Origin: an uncultured Planctomycetota bacterium
GTDB lineage: Bacteria > Planctomycetota > PLA2 > JAEUHO01
Length of the DNA stretch: 64,000 nucleotides
Assembly (NCBI GenBank): GCA_963752285.1
Contig: CAVVXN010000002.1
Coordinates: 352,001 to 416,000 of the forward strand
Direction: 5' to 3'
Part shown: one piece after another, positions 26,840-36,938 of the stretch
Numbering within the stretch: the stretch's first letter is position 1
How the letters are laid out: every line of letters starts with the position of its first letter
Position numbers and translations under genes: made by a program
Notes under the pieces: model-generated
What the model was told of the DNA's origin: nothing
What the model saw: the letters and a program-made list of their open reading frames with translations, nothing else
Databases searched by the model: none

Positions 26840-27945
26840 TGCGCGCCTGGCTCGACCAGCTGATCGAGAGATCCCACCTGCTCCAGACGGTGCCGCCGGG
26901 CGTGGTCTACGCGGTCGCGATGTTCGCCGTGGCGGGGGTCGTGCTCACCGTGACGGCCGTGCTGGCGGGCGAGATGGTGTGGATGGAGCGCCGCGTCTCG
27001 GGCCGCATGCAGGCGCGGATCGGCCCCAACCGCGTCGGACCCCAGGGCCTCCTCCAGTTCCTCGCCGACGCGCTGAAGCTCCTCGCGAAGGAGGACATCG
27101 TCCCCCGGGAGGCGGACCGCAAGGTCTTCCTCCTCGCGCCCGTGGTGGTGTTCGTCGGGGCGTTCACGGCGTTCGCGGTGATCCCCTTCGGGTACGGGCT
27201 GGTCGCGGCCGACATGAACGTGGGCCTGTTCCTCGTGCTCGCCGTCACGAGCATCGAGGTCGTCGGCGTGATCATGGCGGGCTGGGCGAGCAACTCGAAG
27301 TGGGCGGTGCTCGGCTCCATGCGCGAGGTCGCCCAGGTCGTGAGCTACGAGATGCCGCTCTCGATCTCGGCCCTCGCGATCGTGGTCCTGGGCGGCACGC
27401 TCGACTTGTCGCAGCTGGTCGTGCAGCAGAGTGGCGGCATCTGGCGCTGGTACCTCTTCCGCGGGCCGTTCGCGTTCGTCGCGTTCTTCACGTTCGGCGC
27501 GGCCACGCTGGCTGCGCTGAAGCGCGCCCCGTTCGACCTGCCGGAGGCGGAGTCCGAGCTCGTCGCCGGCTTCCACACGGAGTACACGGGCTTCCGCTTC
27601 GCGGTCTTCTTCCTCGGCGAGTACGCCGGGATGGTGCTCTTCTCGATCGTCATCGCGCTGCTCTTCCTCGGCGGTTGGGACCCTGGCGTGCCCATCGACC
27701 TCACCGGCCCCGTCGGTCGCTGGATCGGCGCGTTCGTGCTCCTCGCGAAGGCGATGGTCCTCGTGTTCGTGATGATGTGGCTGCGGTGGACGCTGCCGCG
27801 CTACCGAATCGACAAGGTGATGTACCTCTGCTACAAGGTCCTCCTGCCGTGGAGCATCGTTTGCGCCGTGGGTGCCGCCGCGCAGGTGCTCGTCGGCTCC
27901 GCCTTGCCCGACGGCGCCTTCTCCGCCTGGCTGATGGGGAGGTAG
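26839..27945 (+). CDS. nuoH: NADH-quinone oxidoreductase subunit H
   Basis: ERR...MQ.RIGPNRVGP.GLLQ..AD..KLL.KE, VSYE, PFDLPEAESELVAGFHTEY and WTLPRYR motifs. Confidence 0.97.
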   Translation: MRAWLDQLIERSHLLQTVPPGVVYAVAMFAVAGVVLTVTAVLAGEMVWMERRVSGRMQARIGPNRVGPQGLLQFLADALKLLAKEDIVPREADRKVFLLAPVVVFVGAFTAFAVIPFGYGLVAADMNVGLFLVLAVTSIEVVGVIMAGWASNSKWAVLGSMREVAQVVSYEMPLSISALAIVVLGGTLDLSQLVVQQSGGIWRWYLFRGPFAFVAFFTFGAATLAALKRAPFDLPEAESELVAGFHTEYTGFRFAVFFLGEYAGMVLFSIVIALLFLGGWDPGVPIDLTGPVGRWIGAFVLLAKAMVLVFVMMWLRWTLPRYRIDKVMYLCYKVLLPWSIVCAVGAAAQVLVGSALPDGAFSAWLMGR

Positions 27946-28416
27946 ATGAGCTACTTCCGTCGCATCTGGGCCGGGATCGCCACCACCGCGAAGGGTCTCG
28001 GGCTCACGTGGCGCCACCTCCTCACGAAGCCCACGACGATCCAGTATCCCGAGGAGGAGACGTACATCTCGCCCTACGAGCGCGGCCTCCACGAGTTCGA
28101 GCCCGACGTCTGCATCATCTGCGAGCTGTGCGCCAAGGCCTGCCCCGTGGACTGCATCTACATCGAACAGGAAGGACGCGGGAAGACGGCGCGGCTGACG
28201 CGCTTCGCGATCGACTACAACAAGTGCCTCTTCTGCTCGCTCTGCATCGACCCCTGCCCCGTGGACTGCATCCACATGGGCCAACGCTACGATCTCGCGG
28301 CGTTCGAGCGGCAGAAGGCGACGATCATCGAGTTCACGAAGGGCGAGGGCCCCTGGCGGACCGCCGAGACGAGCGCCGAGCCGGGCGCCGGCCTCCCGCC
28401 GCGGAGTCGTCCGTGA
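27946..28416 (+). CDS. nuoI: NADH-quinone oxidoreductase subunit I
   Basis: TIQYPEE and two CxxCxxCxxxCP ferredoxin motifs. Confidence 0.95.
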   Translation: MSYFRRIWAGIATTAKGLGLTWRHLLTKPTTIQYPEEETYISPYERGLHEFEPDVCIICELCAKACPVDCIYIEQEGRGKTARLTRFAIDYNKCLFCSLCIDPCPVDCIHMGQRYDLAAFERQKATIIEFTKGEGPWRTAETSAEPGAGLPPRSRP

Positions 28417-28955
28417 CGGCCCTGGCGATCCCCCTCGCCTCCGCGCCTACCCTCGAGGTCGTCCTCTTCGGCGCGTTCGCCCTCCTCGCCGTGGGGTCGT
28501 CGCTCATCGCGGCGCTCGCGCCGCGCATCGTGCACGCCGCCCTCGGGCTCCTCGGCACGTTCCTCGCCGTCGCCGGCCTGTACGCGCTCCTCGGAGCCGA
28601 CTTCGTCGCGCTCGCGCAGGTGCTCGTCTACGTGGGCGGGATCCTCGTCCTTCTCGTCTTCGGCGTGCTCCTGACCGGGCGGGCGCTCTCGCTGCTCGGT
28701 CTCGAGCGTCGCCCGTCGATCGTGTTCCCCTCCATCGCGGGAGGACTCCTCGTCCTGGGCCTGCTCCTCGCGACGTTCGGCACCCGGTGGCCGGTCGTGG
28801 GCGCGAGGCCCGCGCCCGAGCCGACCACCTCCCGAATCGGGCACGCGCTCCTCGACCCGAAGGGCGACCTCGTCGCGTTCGAGCTCGCGTCGATCCTGCT
28901 CCTGGCCGCCCTGGTCGGGGCGGCGTACCTCGTGCGGCGGAGGCGCGAAGGATGA
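28413..28955 (+). CDS. nuoJ: NADH-quinone oxidoreductase subunit J
   Basis: QVLVYVGGILVL and FELASILLL motifs; GTGA overlap with nuoI. Confidence 0.94.
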   Translation: MTALAIPLASAPTLEVVLFGAFALLAVGSSLIAALAPRIVHAALGLLGTFLAVAGLYALLGADFVALAQVLVYVGGILVLLVFGVLLTGRALSLLGLERRPSIVFPSIAGGLLVLGLLLATFGTRWPVVGARPAPEPTTSRIGHALLDPKGDLVAFELASILLLAALVGAAYLVRRRREG

Positions 28956-29257
28956 ACCTCGGGCTCGAGGCCTGGCTCGTGGTGGGGGCCCTGCTCTTCG
29001 GAGCGGGGATCGTGGCCGTGCTCTCGCGACGCAACGCGATCGCGGTCCTGATCGGCATCGAGCTCATGCTGAACGCGGCGAACGTGAACCTCGTCGCGTT
29101 CGACCGCTACGAGGGAGGGATCCGGGGCCAGGTGTTCGCGCTCTTCGTCCTCGCGATCGCGGCGGCGGAGGCCGCCGTCGCGCTGGCGATCGTTTTGAAC
29201 GTGTTCGACGCGCGCGACCGGATCGACGTGGACCGCGTGGACGACCTGAAGGGATAG
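28952..29257 (+). CDS. nuoK: NADH-quinone oxidoreductase subunit K
   Basis: RRNAI..LIGIELMLNA and AAAEAAVALA motifs. Confidence 0.96.
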   Translation: MNLGLEAWLVVGALLFGAGIVAVLSRRNAIAVLIGIELMLNAANVNLVAFDRYEGGIRGQVFALFVLAIAAAEAAVALAIVLNVFDARDRIDVDRVDDLKG

Positions 29258-29305
29258 GGAGAGGGCCGCGGCCCGCCGGGGCCGGGCGAGGGAGGACCGA
29301 CCGGG

Positions 29306-31273
29306 ATGCTGGCGCTCGCGCTCGTCTGCCTGTTCGGGCCGATGCTGGGCTTCGTGCTCGTCTTCGGGCTCGGCCGCCGGCTGCCGCGCGGGGGCGACTT
29401 CATCGCACTGCTCGGGATCGGCGCGTCGCTCGTGGCGGCGGCCCTTCTGGCCGGGCGCGTACTCGGGGGCGAGCGCCTCGCGTGGAGCGCGCCGTGGTTC
29501 GCCCCGTTCGGCCACGGCGCGCGGCCGATCACGGTGGGCGTCCTCGTGGACGGCCTCACCGCCACGATGCTCCTGGTGGTCACGATCGTGTCGTTCCTCG
29601 TGCACCTCTTCAGCACGGGCTACATGCGCGGCGATCCCCGCTACTCGCGGTTCTTCGCGTGGCTGCAGATGTTCTCGTTCTCCATGCTCCTCCTCGTGCT
29701 CGCCGACAACCTCTTCGTCCTCTTCGTCGGCTGGGAGCTCGTGGGCCTCTGCTCGTACCAGCTGATCGGCTTCTGGTCTGAGCGTCCGGCGCCGGGCAAC
29801 GCCGCCCGCAAGGCCTTCATCACGACGCGCATCGGCGACCTCGGCCTCTTGCTGACCCTGATGGTCGTCGGAACGCGGGTGGGCGCGTTCGACTTCCGGT
29901 CGCTCGGTCAGGCCGTCGCGTCCGGCGCCCTCGGCGGGCCCTGGCTCGTCCTGGCGGCGTTCGGCCTCTTCGCCGCCGCGGCCGGCAAGAGCGCGCAGCT
30001 CGGCTTCCACGTCTGGCTCCCCGACGCGATGGAGGGCCCGACGCCGGTGAGCGCCCTGATCCACGCGGCGACCATGGTGGCGGCGGGCGTCTACCTCCTG
30101 GGCCGCACGATCTTCATGCTGCCGCCCGAGGTGCTCCACGTCGTCGCGGTCGTGGGCGCGATCACGGCGCTCTTCGCCGGTCTGATCGCCGTCGCGCAGG
30201 ACGACATCAAGCGCGTCCTCGCGTACTCGACGATCAGCCAGCTCGGCTACATGTTCCTCGGCATCGGCGTCGGGGCGTGGCACGCCGCGCTCTTCCACCT
30301 GACGACGCACGCTTTCTTCAAGGCCCTCCTCTTCCTCGGCTCGGGAAGCGTGATCCACGCCTGTCACCACGAGCAGGACATGCGCCGCATGGGCGGGCTC
30401 CTCCGTCGCATGCCCGTGACGGGCACCACCTTCGGCGTCGGCGTCCTCGCGATCTCGGGGCTGCCGTTCCTCTCGGGCTTCTACTCGAAGGACGCGATCC
30501 TGTCGGGCGCCTACCACGTCGAGCCCGCGCTGTTCTGGATCGGCCTCGGGGCCGCCGTGCTGACGGCGTTCTACATGTGCCGCCTGTTCGTCATGACGTT
30601 CCTCGGCCGTCCGCGCGACGAGGAGCTCTACCACCACGTCCACGAGTCGGGCCCCTCGATGCTCGTCCCGCTGGTGGTCCTCGCGGCCCTCGCCGTCGGC
30701 GCGGGCTGGCCCTTCCTCGGCTGGCATGCAAACGAGGAGGAGACGGGCCTCCTCGAGCCTCCCGTCCACGTCGTCGTCGCCGGTGAAGAGACGGTCGGTG
30801 ACGTGCACCACCTCGAGCACGACGGGACGGTCCAGGTGCTTGCGATCACGGCGGGCCTCGGCGGGCTCGCGCTGGGCTGGCTCGTCTTCTCGACCTTCGC
30901 CGCGGTGCTCGGGCGCCTGAAACGCCCCCTCCTGCCGCTCGAGAGGGCCTGCGTGGCGAAGTTCTTCTTCGACGAGCTCTGGCGAGAGGTGCTGTTGCGT
31001 CCCGCGTACGGGATGTCGCGCGCAGCGGCGCGGTTCGACCGCGGCGTCGTGGACGGTCTCGTGAACGAGATCGGCCGGGAGGGCCGCCGCGTGGCGCGTC
31101 TCTCGGGCTGGAACGACGCGCGGGTCGTGGACGGCGCGGTGCTCGGCGTCGGAGCCACCGCGCTTGCCGGCGGGGCCCGTGTGTCGAGGCTCCAGAACGG
31201 TCGCGTCCGGTTCTACCTCTCCGTGGCCGTGGGCCTCGTCGCCGTGGTCCTGGTGCTTCGCGGGCTCCTGTAG
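29306..31273 (+). CDS. nuoL: NADH-quinone oxidoreductase subunit L
   Basis: GWELVGLCSY, KSAQ..HVWLPDAMEGPTPVSALIHAATMV, YSTISQLG and THAFFKALLFL motifs. Confidence 0.97.
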   Translation: MLALALVCLFGPMLGFVLVFGLGRRLPRGGDFIALLGIGASLVAAALLAGRVLGGERLAWSAPWFAPFGHGARPITVGVLVDGLTATMLLVVTIVSFLVHLFSTGYMRGDPRYSRFFAWLQMFSFSMLLLVLADNLFVLFVGWELVGLCSYQLIGFWSERPAPGNAARKAFITTRIGDLGLLLTLMVVGTRVGAFDFRSLGQAVASGALGGPWLVLAAFGLFAAAAGKSAQLGFHVWLPDAMEGPTPVSALIHAATMVAAGVYLLGRTIFMLPPEVLHVVAVVGAITALFAGLIAVAQDDIKRVLAYSTISQLGYMFLGIGVGAWHAALFHLTTHAFFKALLFLGSGSVIHACHHEQDMRRMGGLLRRMPVTGTTFGVGVLAISGLPFLSGFYSKDAILSGAYHVEPALFWIGLGAAVLTAFYMCRLFVMTFLGRPRDEELYHHVHESGPSMLVPLVVLAALAVGAGWPFLGWHANEEETGLLEPPVHVVVAGEETVGDVHHLEHDGTVQVLAITAGLGGLALGWLVFSTFAAVLGRLKRPLLPLERACVAKFFFDELWREVLLRPAYGMSRAAARFDRGVVDGLVNEIGREGRRVARLSGWNDARVVDGAVLGVGATALAGGARVSRLQNGRVRFYLSVAVGLVAVVLVLRGLL

Positions 31274-31281
31274 GAGACGAC

Positions 31282-32811
31282 ATGCTTTCCGCCACCGTCT
31301 TCCTGCCCCTCCTCGGCTTCGTGCTCGTGCTCGTCCTCCCCGCCCGCCACGCGAGGGCGGTCAGCGTGCTCGCGAGCCTCGCCGTGCTCGGTCTGTCGGT
31401 GACCGTCGCCGCGACGGCGGGGGACCTGTCGCAGTACCAGATGCGCGAGACCGTGAATTGGATCCCCGCGCTCGGCATCCACTACGACGTCGGCGTGGAC
31501 GGCATCGGCGCGAGCCTCCTCGTGCTCACGGCTTTCGTGTCGTTCGGCGCCGCGCTGGCCTCGTGGCGCATCGAACAGAGCCCGCGCGGCTACCACGCGA
31601 TGTTCCTCCTGCTCATGACGGGCATGCTCGGCGTGTTCGTCGCCCTCGACCTGTTCCTCTTCTACATGTTCTGGGAGATCGTGCTGCTCCCGATGTACTT
31701 CCTGATCGGGGTGTGGGGCGGTCCCCGCCGGCAGTACGCCGCCATCAAGTTCTTCCTCTACACCCTGTTCGGCTCGGTCCTCCTCCTGGCGGGGCTCCTC
31801 GTGGTGGTGCTCTCGAACCGGGATCCGGCGACGGGGCTCCCGGTGTGGCAGATCGACCGGCTGGCGCACCTCGCCGCGGAGCACGGCAGCCTGCTCACCG
31901 ACCCCGCCCTCGCGCGCGTCGTGTTCGTGGGGATGTTCGTCGGGTTCGCGATCAAGATCCCGTCCTTCCCGTTCCACACGTGGCTGCCGGACGCGCACGT
32001 CGAGGCGCCGACGCCCATCTCCATGATCCTGGCCGGCGTGCTCCTCAAGATGGGCGGGTATGGCCTGCTCCGGATCGCGTACCCGTTCTTCCCCGAGGCC
32101 TCGGCGTCGCTGTGGCTGCCGATCGCGACGATCTCGGTGATCGCGATCGTCTACGGCGCGCTCGTCGCGATGGCCCAGACCGACTTCAAGAAGCTGATCG
32201 CGTACTCGTCGATCGGGCACATGGGCTTCGTGACGCTGGGCATCGCGTCGGCCACCGCCGGGGGCCTCAACGGGGCGATGTACATGATGCTCGCGCACGG
32301 GACGATCAGCGCGATGCTCTTCATGGTCGTGGGCGTGATCTACGACCGCGCGCACCACCGCGACCTCGACCGCTTCGGCGGCCTCGCGTGGGTGATGCCC
32401 CGGTACGCGGTCCTCGCCTCGTTCGCCATGTTCGCGAGCCTGGGCCTGCCGATGCTCTCGGGGTTCGTGGCGGAGGCGACGACGTTCATCGGCGCCTTCG
32501 GGAGCCCCATCCCGGGCTTCCAGGTGTTCGCGCTCCTCTCGCTCGCTGGCGTCGTCGTGACGGCGGGGTACTACCTGATCACCCTGCAGAAGGTCTACCT
32601 CGGGCCGACGCCCGAGGCGTACCGCGACACGCGGCGTTTCCCGGACCTCTCGGCGCGGGAGATGGCCGTCCTGCTCCCGCTGGCCGCCGTGACGCTCTTC
32701 ATGGGCATCTACCCCGCCACCGCGATGAACCTCTACACGGGTGTGATGGACAAGATGCTGCCCACGCTCGAGCTCGGCGTGCGGATGGCGGCCGGTGGGG
32801 GCGGCGCGTGA
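31282..32811 (+). CDS. nuoM: NADH-quinone oxidoreductase subunit M
   Basis: FYMFWE, KIP.FPFHTWLPDAHVEAPT, LLKMGGYG and IAYSSIGHMG motifs. Confidence 0.97.
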   Translation: MLSATVFLPLLGFVLVLVLPARHARAVSVLASLAVLGLSVTVAATAGDLSQYQMRETVNWIPALGIHYDVGVDGIGASLLVLTAFVSFGAALASWRIEQSPRGYHAMFLLLMTGMLGVFVALDLFLFYMFWEIVLLPMYFLIGVWGGPRRQYAAIKFFLYTLFGSVLLLAGLLVVVLSNRDPATGLPVWQIDRLAHLAAEHGSLLTDPALARVVFVGMFVGFAIKIPSFPFHTWLPDAHVEAPTPISMILAGVLLKMGGYGLLRIAYPFFPEASASLWLPIATISVIAIVYGALVAMAQTDFKKLIAYSSIGHMGFVTLGIASATAGGLNGAMYMMLAHGTISAMLFMVVGVIYDRAHHRDLDRFGGLAWVMPRYAVLASFAMFASLGLPMLSGFVAEATTFIGAFGSPIPGFQVFALLSLAGVVVTAGYYLITLQKVYLGPTPEAYRDTRRFPDLSAREMAVLLPLAAVTLFMGIYPATAMNLYTGVMDKMLPTLELGVRMAAGGGGA

Positions 32812-34289
32812 ACGAGCTGCTCGTCCTCCTCCCCGCGGGCCTCGTCGCGCTCGGAATCCTCGCCGTGCTCGCGACGGACCTCCTTCTGCACGGGCGTCGC
32901 TTTGGACTGCCGACGGCGCTCGCGCTCCTCGCGCTCGTCGCGGCCGCGGCGGCGGCGCTCGTCGGACCGCGCGACGACCACGGCACGTGGCTCGGCGCGA
33001 TGCGGCCCGACGGCTTCGCGATCGCGTTCACCGTGTTCTGCGCGGCCACGGGCGTCGTGACCGTCCTCGCGACGCTCCGCGGGGAGACGCTTCGGAGGCC
33101 GAGCGGCGAGTACCTCGTGCTCGTGCTCTCGGCCGTGCTCGGCATGATCGTGCTCTCGAGCGCCGTGGACCTGATCCTCCTGTACCTCGCGTTCGAGACC
33201 GTCTCGATCCCGGCCTACGTGCTCGTCGGGATGCGTCGGGCCGACCGCGCGGCGAACGAGGCGAGCCTCAAGTACGTGCTCTTCGGCGCCGTGTCGTCCG
33301 CACTGCTTCTCTACGGCCTCACGTGGCTCGTGGGCCTCTCCGGCGGAACGTCGCTCGCCGCGCTCTCCGCCGCCGTGGACCGCGGTGTCGCGTCCGAGCC
33401 GGCGTTCCTCGTGGCCTCGGTGCTCGTGATGTCGGGCTTCGCGTTCAAGATCTCCGCGGTACCCTTCCACTTCTGGGCGCCCGACGTGTACGCGGGCGCG
33501 CCGGCCGCCGTCGGCGGGTTCCTGGCCGTGGCGAGCAAGGCGGCGGGCTTCGCGGCCCTCGTTCGCGTGATCGGGGCGACCGCGCCGGTCGTCCCGAACG
33601 CCCTCCACCCGCTCACGACTTTCGCGTGGGCCGGCAACCCGTTCGTCCTCGCGGTCACCGTCCTCTCGGTGCTCTCGATGACCGTCGGGAACCTCGGGGC
33701 GCTCCGCCAGACCGAGGTGAAGCGCCTCCTCGCGTGGTCGAGCATCGCGCACGCGGGGTACCTGCTCCTGGCCGTCGCGGTCTGGTCGGACCTCGGCGCC
33801 GCCGCCCTGCTCGTGTACCTGATCGCCTACCTCTTCATGAACCTGGCCGCGTTCCTGATCGCCGGCATCGTGATCCGGGAGCGAGGAACGGGGGACCTCT
33901 CCGCTTTCCGGGGCCTCGGCCGTCGCGCGCCCTGGCTCGGCGCGGCGTTCGCGATCGTGCTCTTCAGCCTGACCGGCCTGCCGCCCCTGTTCGGCTTCGT
34001 CGGCAAGATCGCGGTCTTCTACGCCGTGTTCGCGAAGGGATACCTCTGGCTCGGGGTGGTCGGGCTGCTCAACGGCGTCCTGTCGCTCTACTACTACGCA
34101 CGCGTCCTGGTTCGGATGTACCTGGACGACGCCGACGAGGCCGCGCTCGCCGCGCCGCTCGACCTTCGCGCCGCGGACTTCTTCCTCTGCCTCGCGCTCG
34201 TGGTGCCCACGATCGTCTTCGGCGTGTTCTGGGGCCAGGTGTGGGACCTCGCGCGCGCGGTGGTCCCGGTCCTGTTCAAGGGGGCGTAG
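32808..34289 (+). CDS. nuoN: NADH-quinone oxidoreductase subunit N
   Basis: EASLKY, FKISAVPFHFWAPDVYAGAP, KRLLAWSSIAHAGY and SLTGLPP..GFVGK motifs. Confidence 0.96.
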   Translation: MNELLVLLPAGLVALGILAVLATDLLLHGRRFGLPTALALLALVAAAAAALVGPRDDHGTWLGAMRPDGFAIAFTVFCAATGVVTVLATLRGETLRRPSGEYLVLVLSAVLGMIVLSSAVDLILLYLAFETVSIPAYVLVGMRRADRAANEASLKYVLFGAVSSALLLYGLTWLVGLSGGTSLAALSAAVDRGVASEPAFLVASVLVMSGFAFKISAVPFHFWAPDVYAGAPAAVGGFLAVASKAAGFAALVRVIGATAPVVPNALHPLTTFAWAGNPFVLAVTVLSVLSMTVGNLGALRQTEVKRLLAWSSIAHAGYLLLAVAVWSDLGAAALLVYLIAYLFMNLAAFLIAGIVIRERGTGDLSAFRGLGRRAPWLGAAFAIVLFSLTGLPPLFGFVGKIAVFYAVFAKGYLWLGVVGLLNGVLSLYYYARVLVRMYLDDADEAALAAPLDLRAADFFLCLALVVPTIVFGVFWGQVWDLARAVVPVLFKGA

Positions 34290-34292
34290 GCC

Positions 34293-35554
34293 GTGCCCGT
34301 CCACGACGACCCCGTTCGCGAGCGACTGAAGGAGCTCTTCACGCGGGCCTGGAACGGGGTCGCCGCGTACATGCTCGACGCGGAGCCGTACACGACGGCG
34401 GAGGACGCCGACCTCGTCCGCAGGGTCGAGGGCATCCGCGACGACGACCAGCGTCACGCCCGCCGGCTCGCCGAGTGGATCGACCGCCGGGGCGACGTAC
34501 CCGAGGCCACCGCGTTCCCCTACTGGCGCCGGGACCTCAACTACCTCACGGCCCCGCGCCTCGCCTCGTTCCTCGCGGGCGTCCTGGAGCGGGACGTCGC
34601 GCTGCTCGCGGAGCTCGTGGCGGACCCGTCCCTCTCCGACGAGGAACGCGCGCTCGCGCGATCCCTCCACGCCGACCGCGTGCGCCAGGTCTCCGAGCTC
34701 CGACCGGCGGTCGCCGCGGCGCTCGAGCGCGAGGCGAGACGGCTCCGCGAGGAAGCCGACGCGCTCGAGCGGACACGCCGCGTCGCCCAGGCGGCGCGCG
34801 CCGAGCGAATCGCCGCCGCGGCGGCGAAGACGCCGCCCACCCCTCCACGCGCCCGGCCGGCCGCCAAGGCCCCGCCCGCCGCGGCGCGCCCGGCCGTCGC
34901 GCCGCCGAGCGCGGCGCCTCCTGTGCCTTTGCCCGCCGCGGTGCTCGACCCGGACGAGCCCGGGATCACGGCGAAGGAGAAGGCGCGCCGCCAGATCCTC
35001 AGGATGCGCGCCGCGAAGTCGGGCGCGACCGGGTCCGCCCCGCCGCCCCCGCCGCCCGCACCGGCTGCCCCGGTCGCACCGGCCGTCCCGGCCGCTCCAG
35101 CGCCGCCCGCCGCGGCGCCTTCGCCGACCCCGACGAGCCCGGGATCACGGCGAAGGAGAAGGCGCGCCGCCAGATCCTCAGGATGCGCGCCGCGAAGTCG
35201 GGCGCGCCGGGTCCGCCCGCCGCCCCCGGCCGCACCGGCGCCCCGCCGCGCTCCACGCCCCCCCGGCCCTTCGCCGGGCCGGGGCTCCTCGACCCGGACG
35301 AGCCCGGGATCACGGCGAAGGAGAAGGCGCGCCGCCAGGTCCTCAGGATGCGCGCCGCGAAGTCGGGCGCGACCGGGTCCGCCCCGCCGCCCCCCCCGGC
35401 CGCTTCGGCTGCTCCGGCGCCGCCCGCGCCCGTGGCGGCGGACGCTCCCGCGCCCGCGCCCGAGCTTCCCGACCCCGACGAGCCCGGGATCTCCGCCAAG
35501 GAGAGGGCGCGACGGCAGGTTCTCCGGATGCGTGCGAAGCGGGACGGGGCCTGA
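34293..35554 (+). CDS. Ferritin-like domain protein with a Pro/Ala-linked C-terminal array of four 27-aa repeats; apparent 1-nt frameshift near 35118
   Basis: Starts 3 nt after the nuoN stop. Helical N-terminal domain with D..H..RL...I..RG..P...FP...DLNYL; four copies of DPDEPGI[TS]AKE[KR]ARRQ[IV]LRMRA. Copy 1 is in the N-terminal frame; copies 2-4 are in the next frame ending at TGA 35552-35554. Confidence 0.7.
34947..35551 (+). repeat. Four dispersed 81-nt coding repeats (34947, 35126, 35291, 35471)
   Basis: Near-identical gacccNgacgagcccgggatcacggcgaaggagaaggcgcgccgccagNtcctcaggatgcgcgccgcgaag units, copy 4 more diverged; start-to-start spacings 179, 165 and 180 nt. Confidence 0.92.
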
Positions 35555-35582
35555 TCGCGCGCGGCCCCTATCCTCTCCCCGC

Positions 35583-36848
35583 GTGACGGACGACCGATCA
35601 GCCACCGTGCCCCGGCCGCTCGTGATCGCGCACCACGGCGAGCTCGGGTTGAAGGGCGGGAACCGCGCGTCGTTCGCCCGGCGCCTGCGCGACCGTCTCC
35701 TCGAGGGGATCCGGAGCGCCGGGATGGACGCGACCGTCAGCTCCCGGGGCGCCCGCTACTTCGTCGTGCTGGAGGGCGAGACGCGTCCGGAGCACGCGCG
35801 ACGTGCGATCGACGTGGTGACGCGCGTCCCCGGCGTCGCCAACGCCGCCGCTGCGTTCCAGACGGGCGCCGACCTCGACGAGATCGTGCACGCCGCCACG
35901 CTCGCCCTCGCCCAGGCGTCGGACGGCACCTTCAAGGTCGAGACGCGACGCGCGGACAAGTCGTTTCCGCTGACGTCCATCGAAACCTCGCAGCGGCTCG
36001 CCCCGCTCCTCGCGGAGCGGACCGGGCGGACCGCGCAGGTCCGCGGTCCCGACGTCCTGGTGCGGGTGGAGATCCTCCCGGGAAGCACCGTCGTGAGCGC
36101 CGGTCTCGAGCCCGGACCCGGAGGCCTCCCCGTCGGCAGCTCGCGCCGCCTCCTCTCGTTCCTCTCGGGTGGCATCGACTCCGCCGCGGCGACCTGGCAG
36201 ATGCTCCGGCGGGGCGCACGCGTGACCGCGGTGCACTTCCACAACCGGACGCAGCAGGGCCAGGCGGTCCTCGACAAGATCGACGACATCTGCGGCGTGC
36301 TCGCCTGGTCGGCGGGGCGTCTTCCTCTCGTCGTCGTGCCGTTCGAGGCGTGCCAGCGCGCGATCGTCGCCGTCGTGCCGGCGCGATACCGCATGCTCGT
36401 GTACCGACGGGCGATGCTCCGCATCGGCGCCGCCCTCGCGCGACGCGAGCGTGCGCTGGGCTTCGTCGTCGGCGACAGCCTGGGCCAGGTCGCGAGCCAG
36501 ACCGCGGAGAACCTCCGCGCGATCCAGGCCGTCGCGACGCTCCCGGTCTACGCGCCGCTCATCGGGAGCGACAAGTCCGAGATCGTCGCGCTGGCGCGTC
36601 GCATCGGCACGTTCGAGATCTCGATCCGGCCCCATGCCGACTGTTGCTCCTTCCTCCTCGCGCGGCACCCCGCCACGCGTTCCACGCCCGCCGAGCTCGA
36701 CGAGATGGAGGCGGGCCTCGACTGGGACGCGCTCGTTCGGGAGGCGGTCGCGCGCGCAACACGCCGACTCGTCTCGCCCGACCCGGCGGCGCTCCGCGAC
36801 GCCGCGCCTCCGCCGACGCCCGCGACGGCCGCGACGCCCCGGGCGTGA
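35583..36848 (+). CDS. thiI: tRNA 4-thiouridine synthase ThiI (THUMP plus PP-loop, no rhodanese domain)
   Basis: GELGLKGGNR, FKVETRRADK, GGLPVG, LSGGIDS, GDSLGQVASQT and DCC motifs. Confidence 0.94.
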   Translation: MTDDRSATVPRPLVIAHHGELGLKGGNRASFARRLRDRLLEGIRSAGMDATVSSRGARYFVVLEGETRPEHARRAIDVVTRVPGVANAAAAFQTGADLDEIVHAATLALAQASDGTFKVETRRADKSFPLTSIETSQRLAPLLAERTGRTAQVRGPDVLVRVEILPGSTVVSAGLEPGPGGLPVGSSRRLLSFLSGGIDSAAATWQMLRRGARVTAVHFHNRTQQGQAVLDKIDDICGVLAWSAGRLPLVVVPFEACQRAIVAVVPARYRMLVYRRAMLRIGAALARRERALGFVVGDSLGQVASQTAENLRAIQAVATLPVYAPLIGSDKSEIVALARRIGTFEISIRPHADCCSFLLARHPATRSTPAELDEMEAGLDWDALVREAVARATRRLVSPDPAALRDAAPPPTPATAATPRA

Positions 36849-36938
36849 GGCGAGGCTTCGCGCGGGCCGAGGGCGCCGTGCGCGGCCGGGCGTCCGTGCC
36901 AGAGGCGGTACGCGGACGAGGCGAGGCTGGCGACGCGT

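Noticed and set aside
34947..35551. Repeat-spacer pattern resembling a CRISPR array
   Set aside because: Units are 81 nt, code for protein with mostly synonymous or conservative variation, spacers are Pro/Ala linkers, and no cas genes are present.
34293..36848. 851-aa ORF that appears to fuse the ferritin-like/repeat protein to ThiI
   Set aside because: After about 35120 this frame reads off-frame repeat sequence (SRRRRRRAARSSGCAPR); the real repeats continue in another frame to a stop at 35554, and thiI has its own start at 35583.
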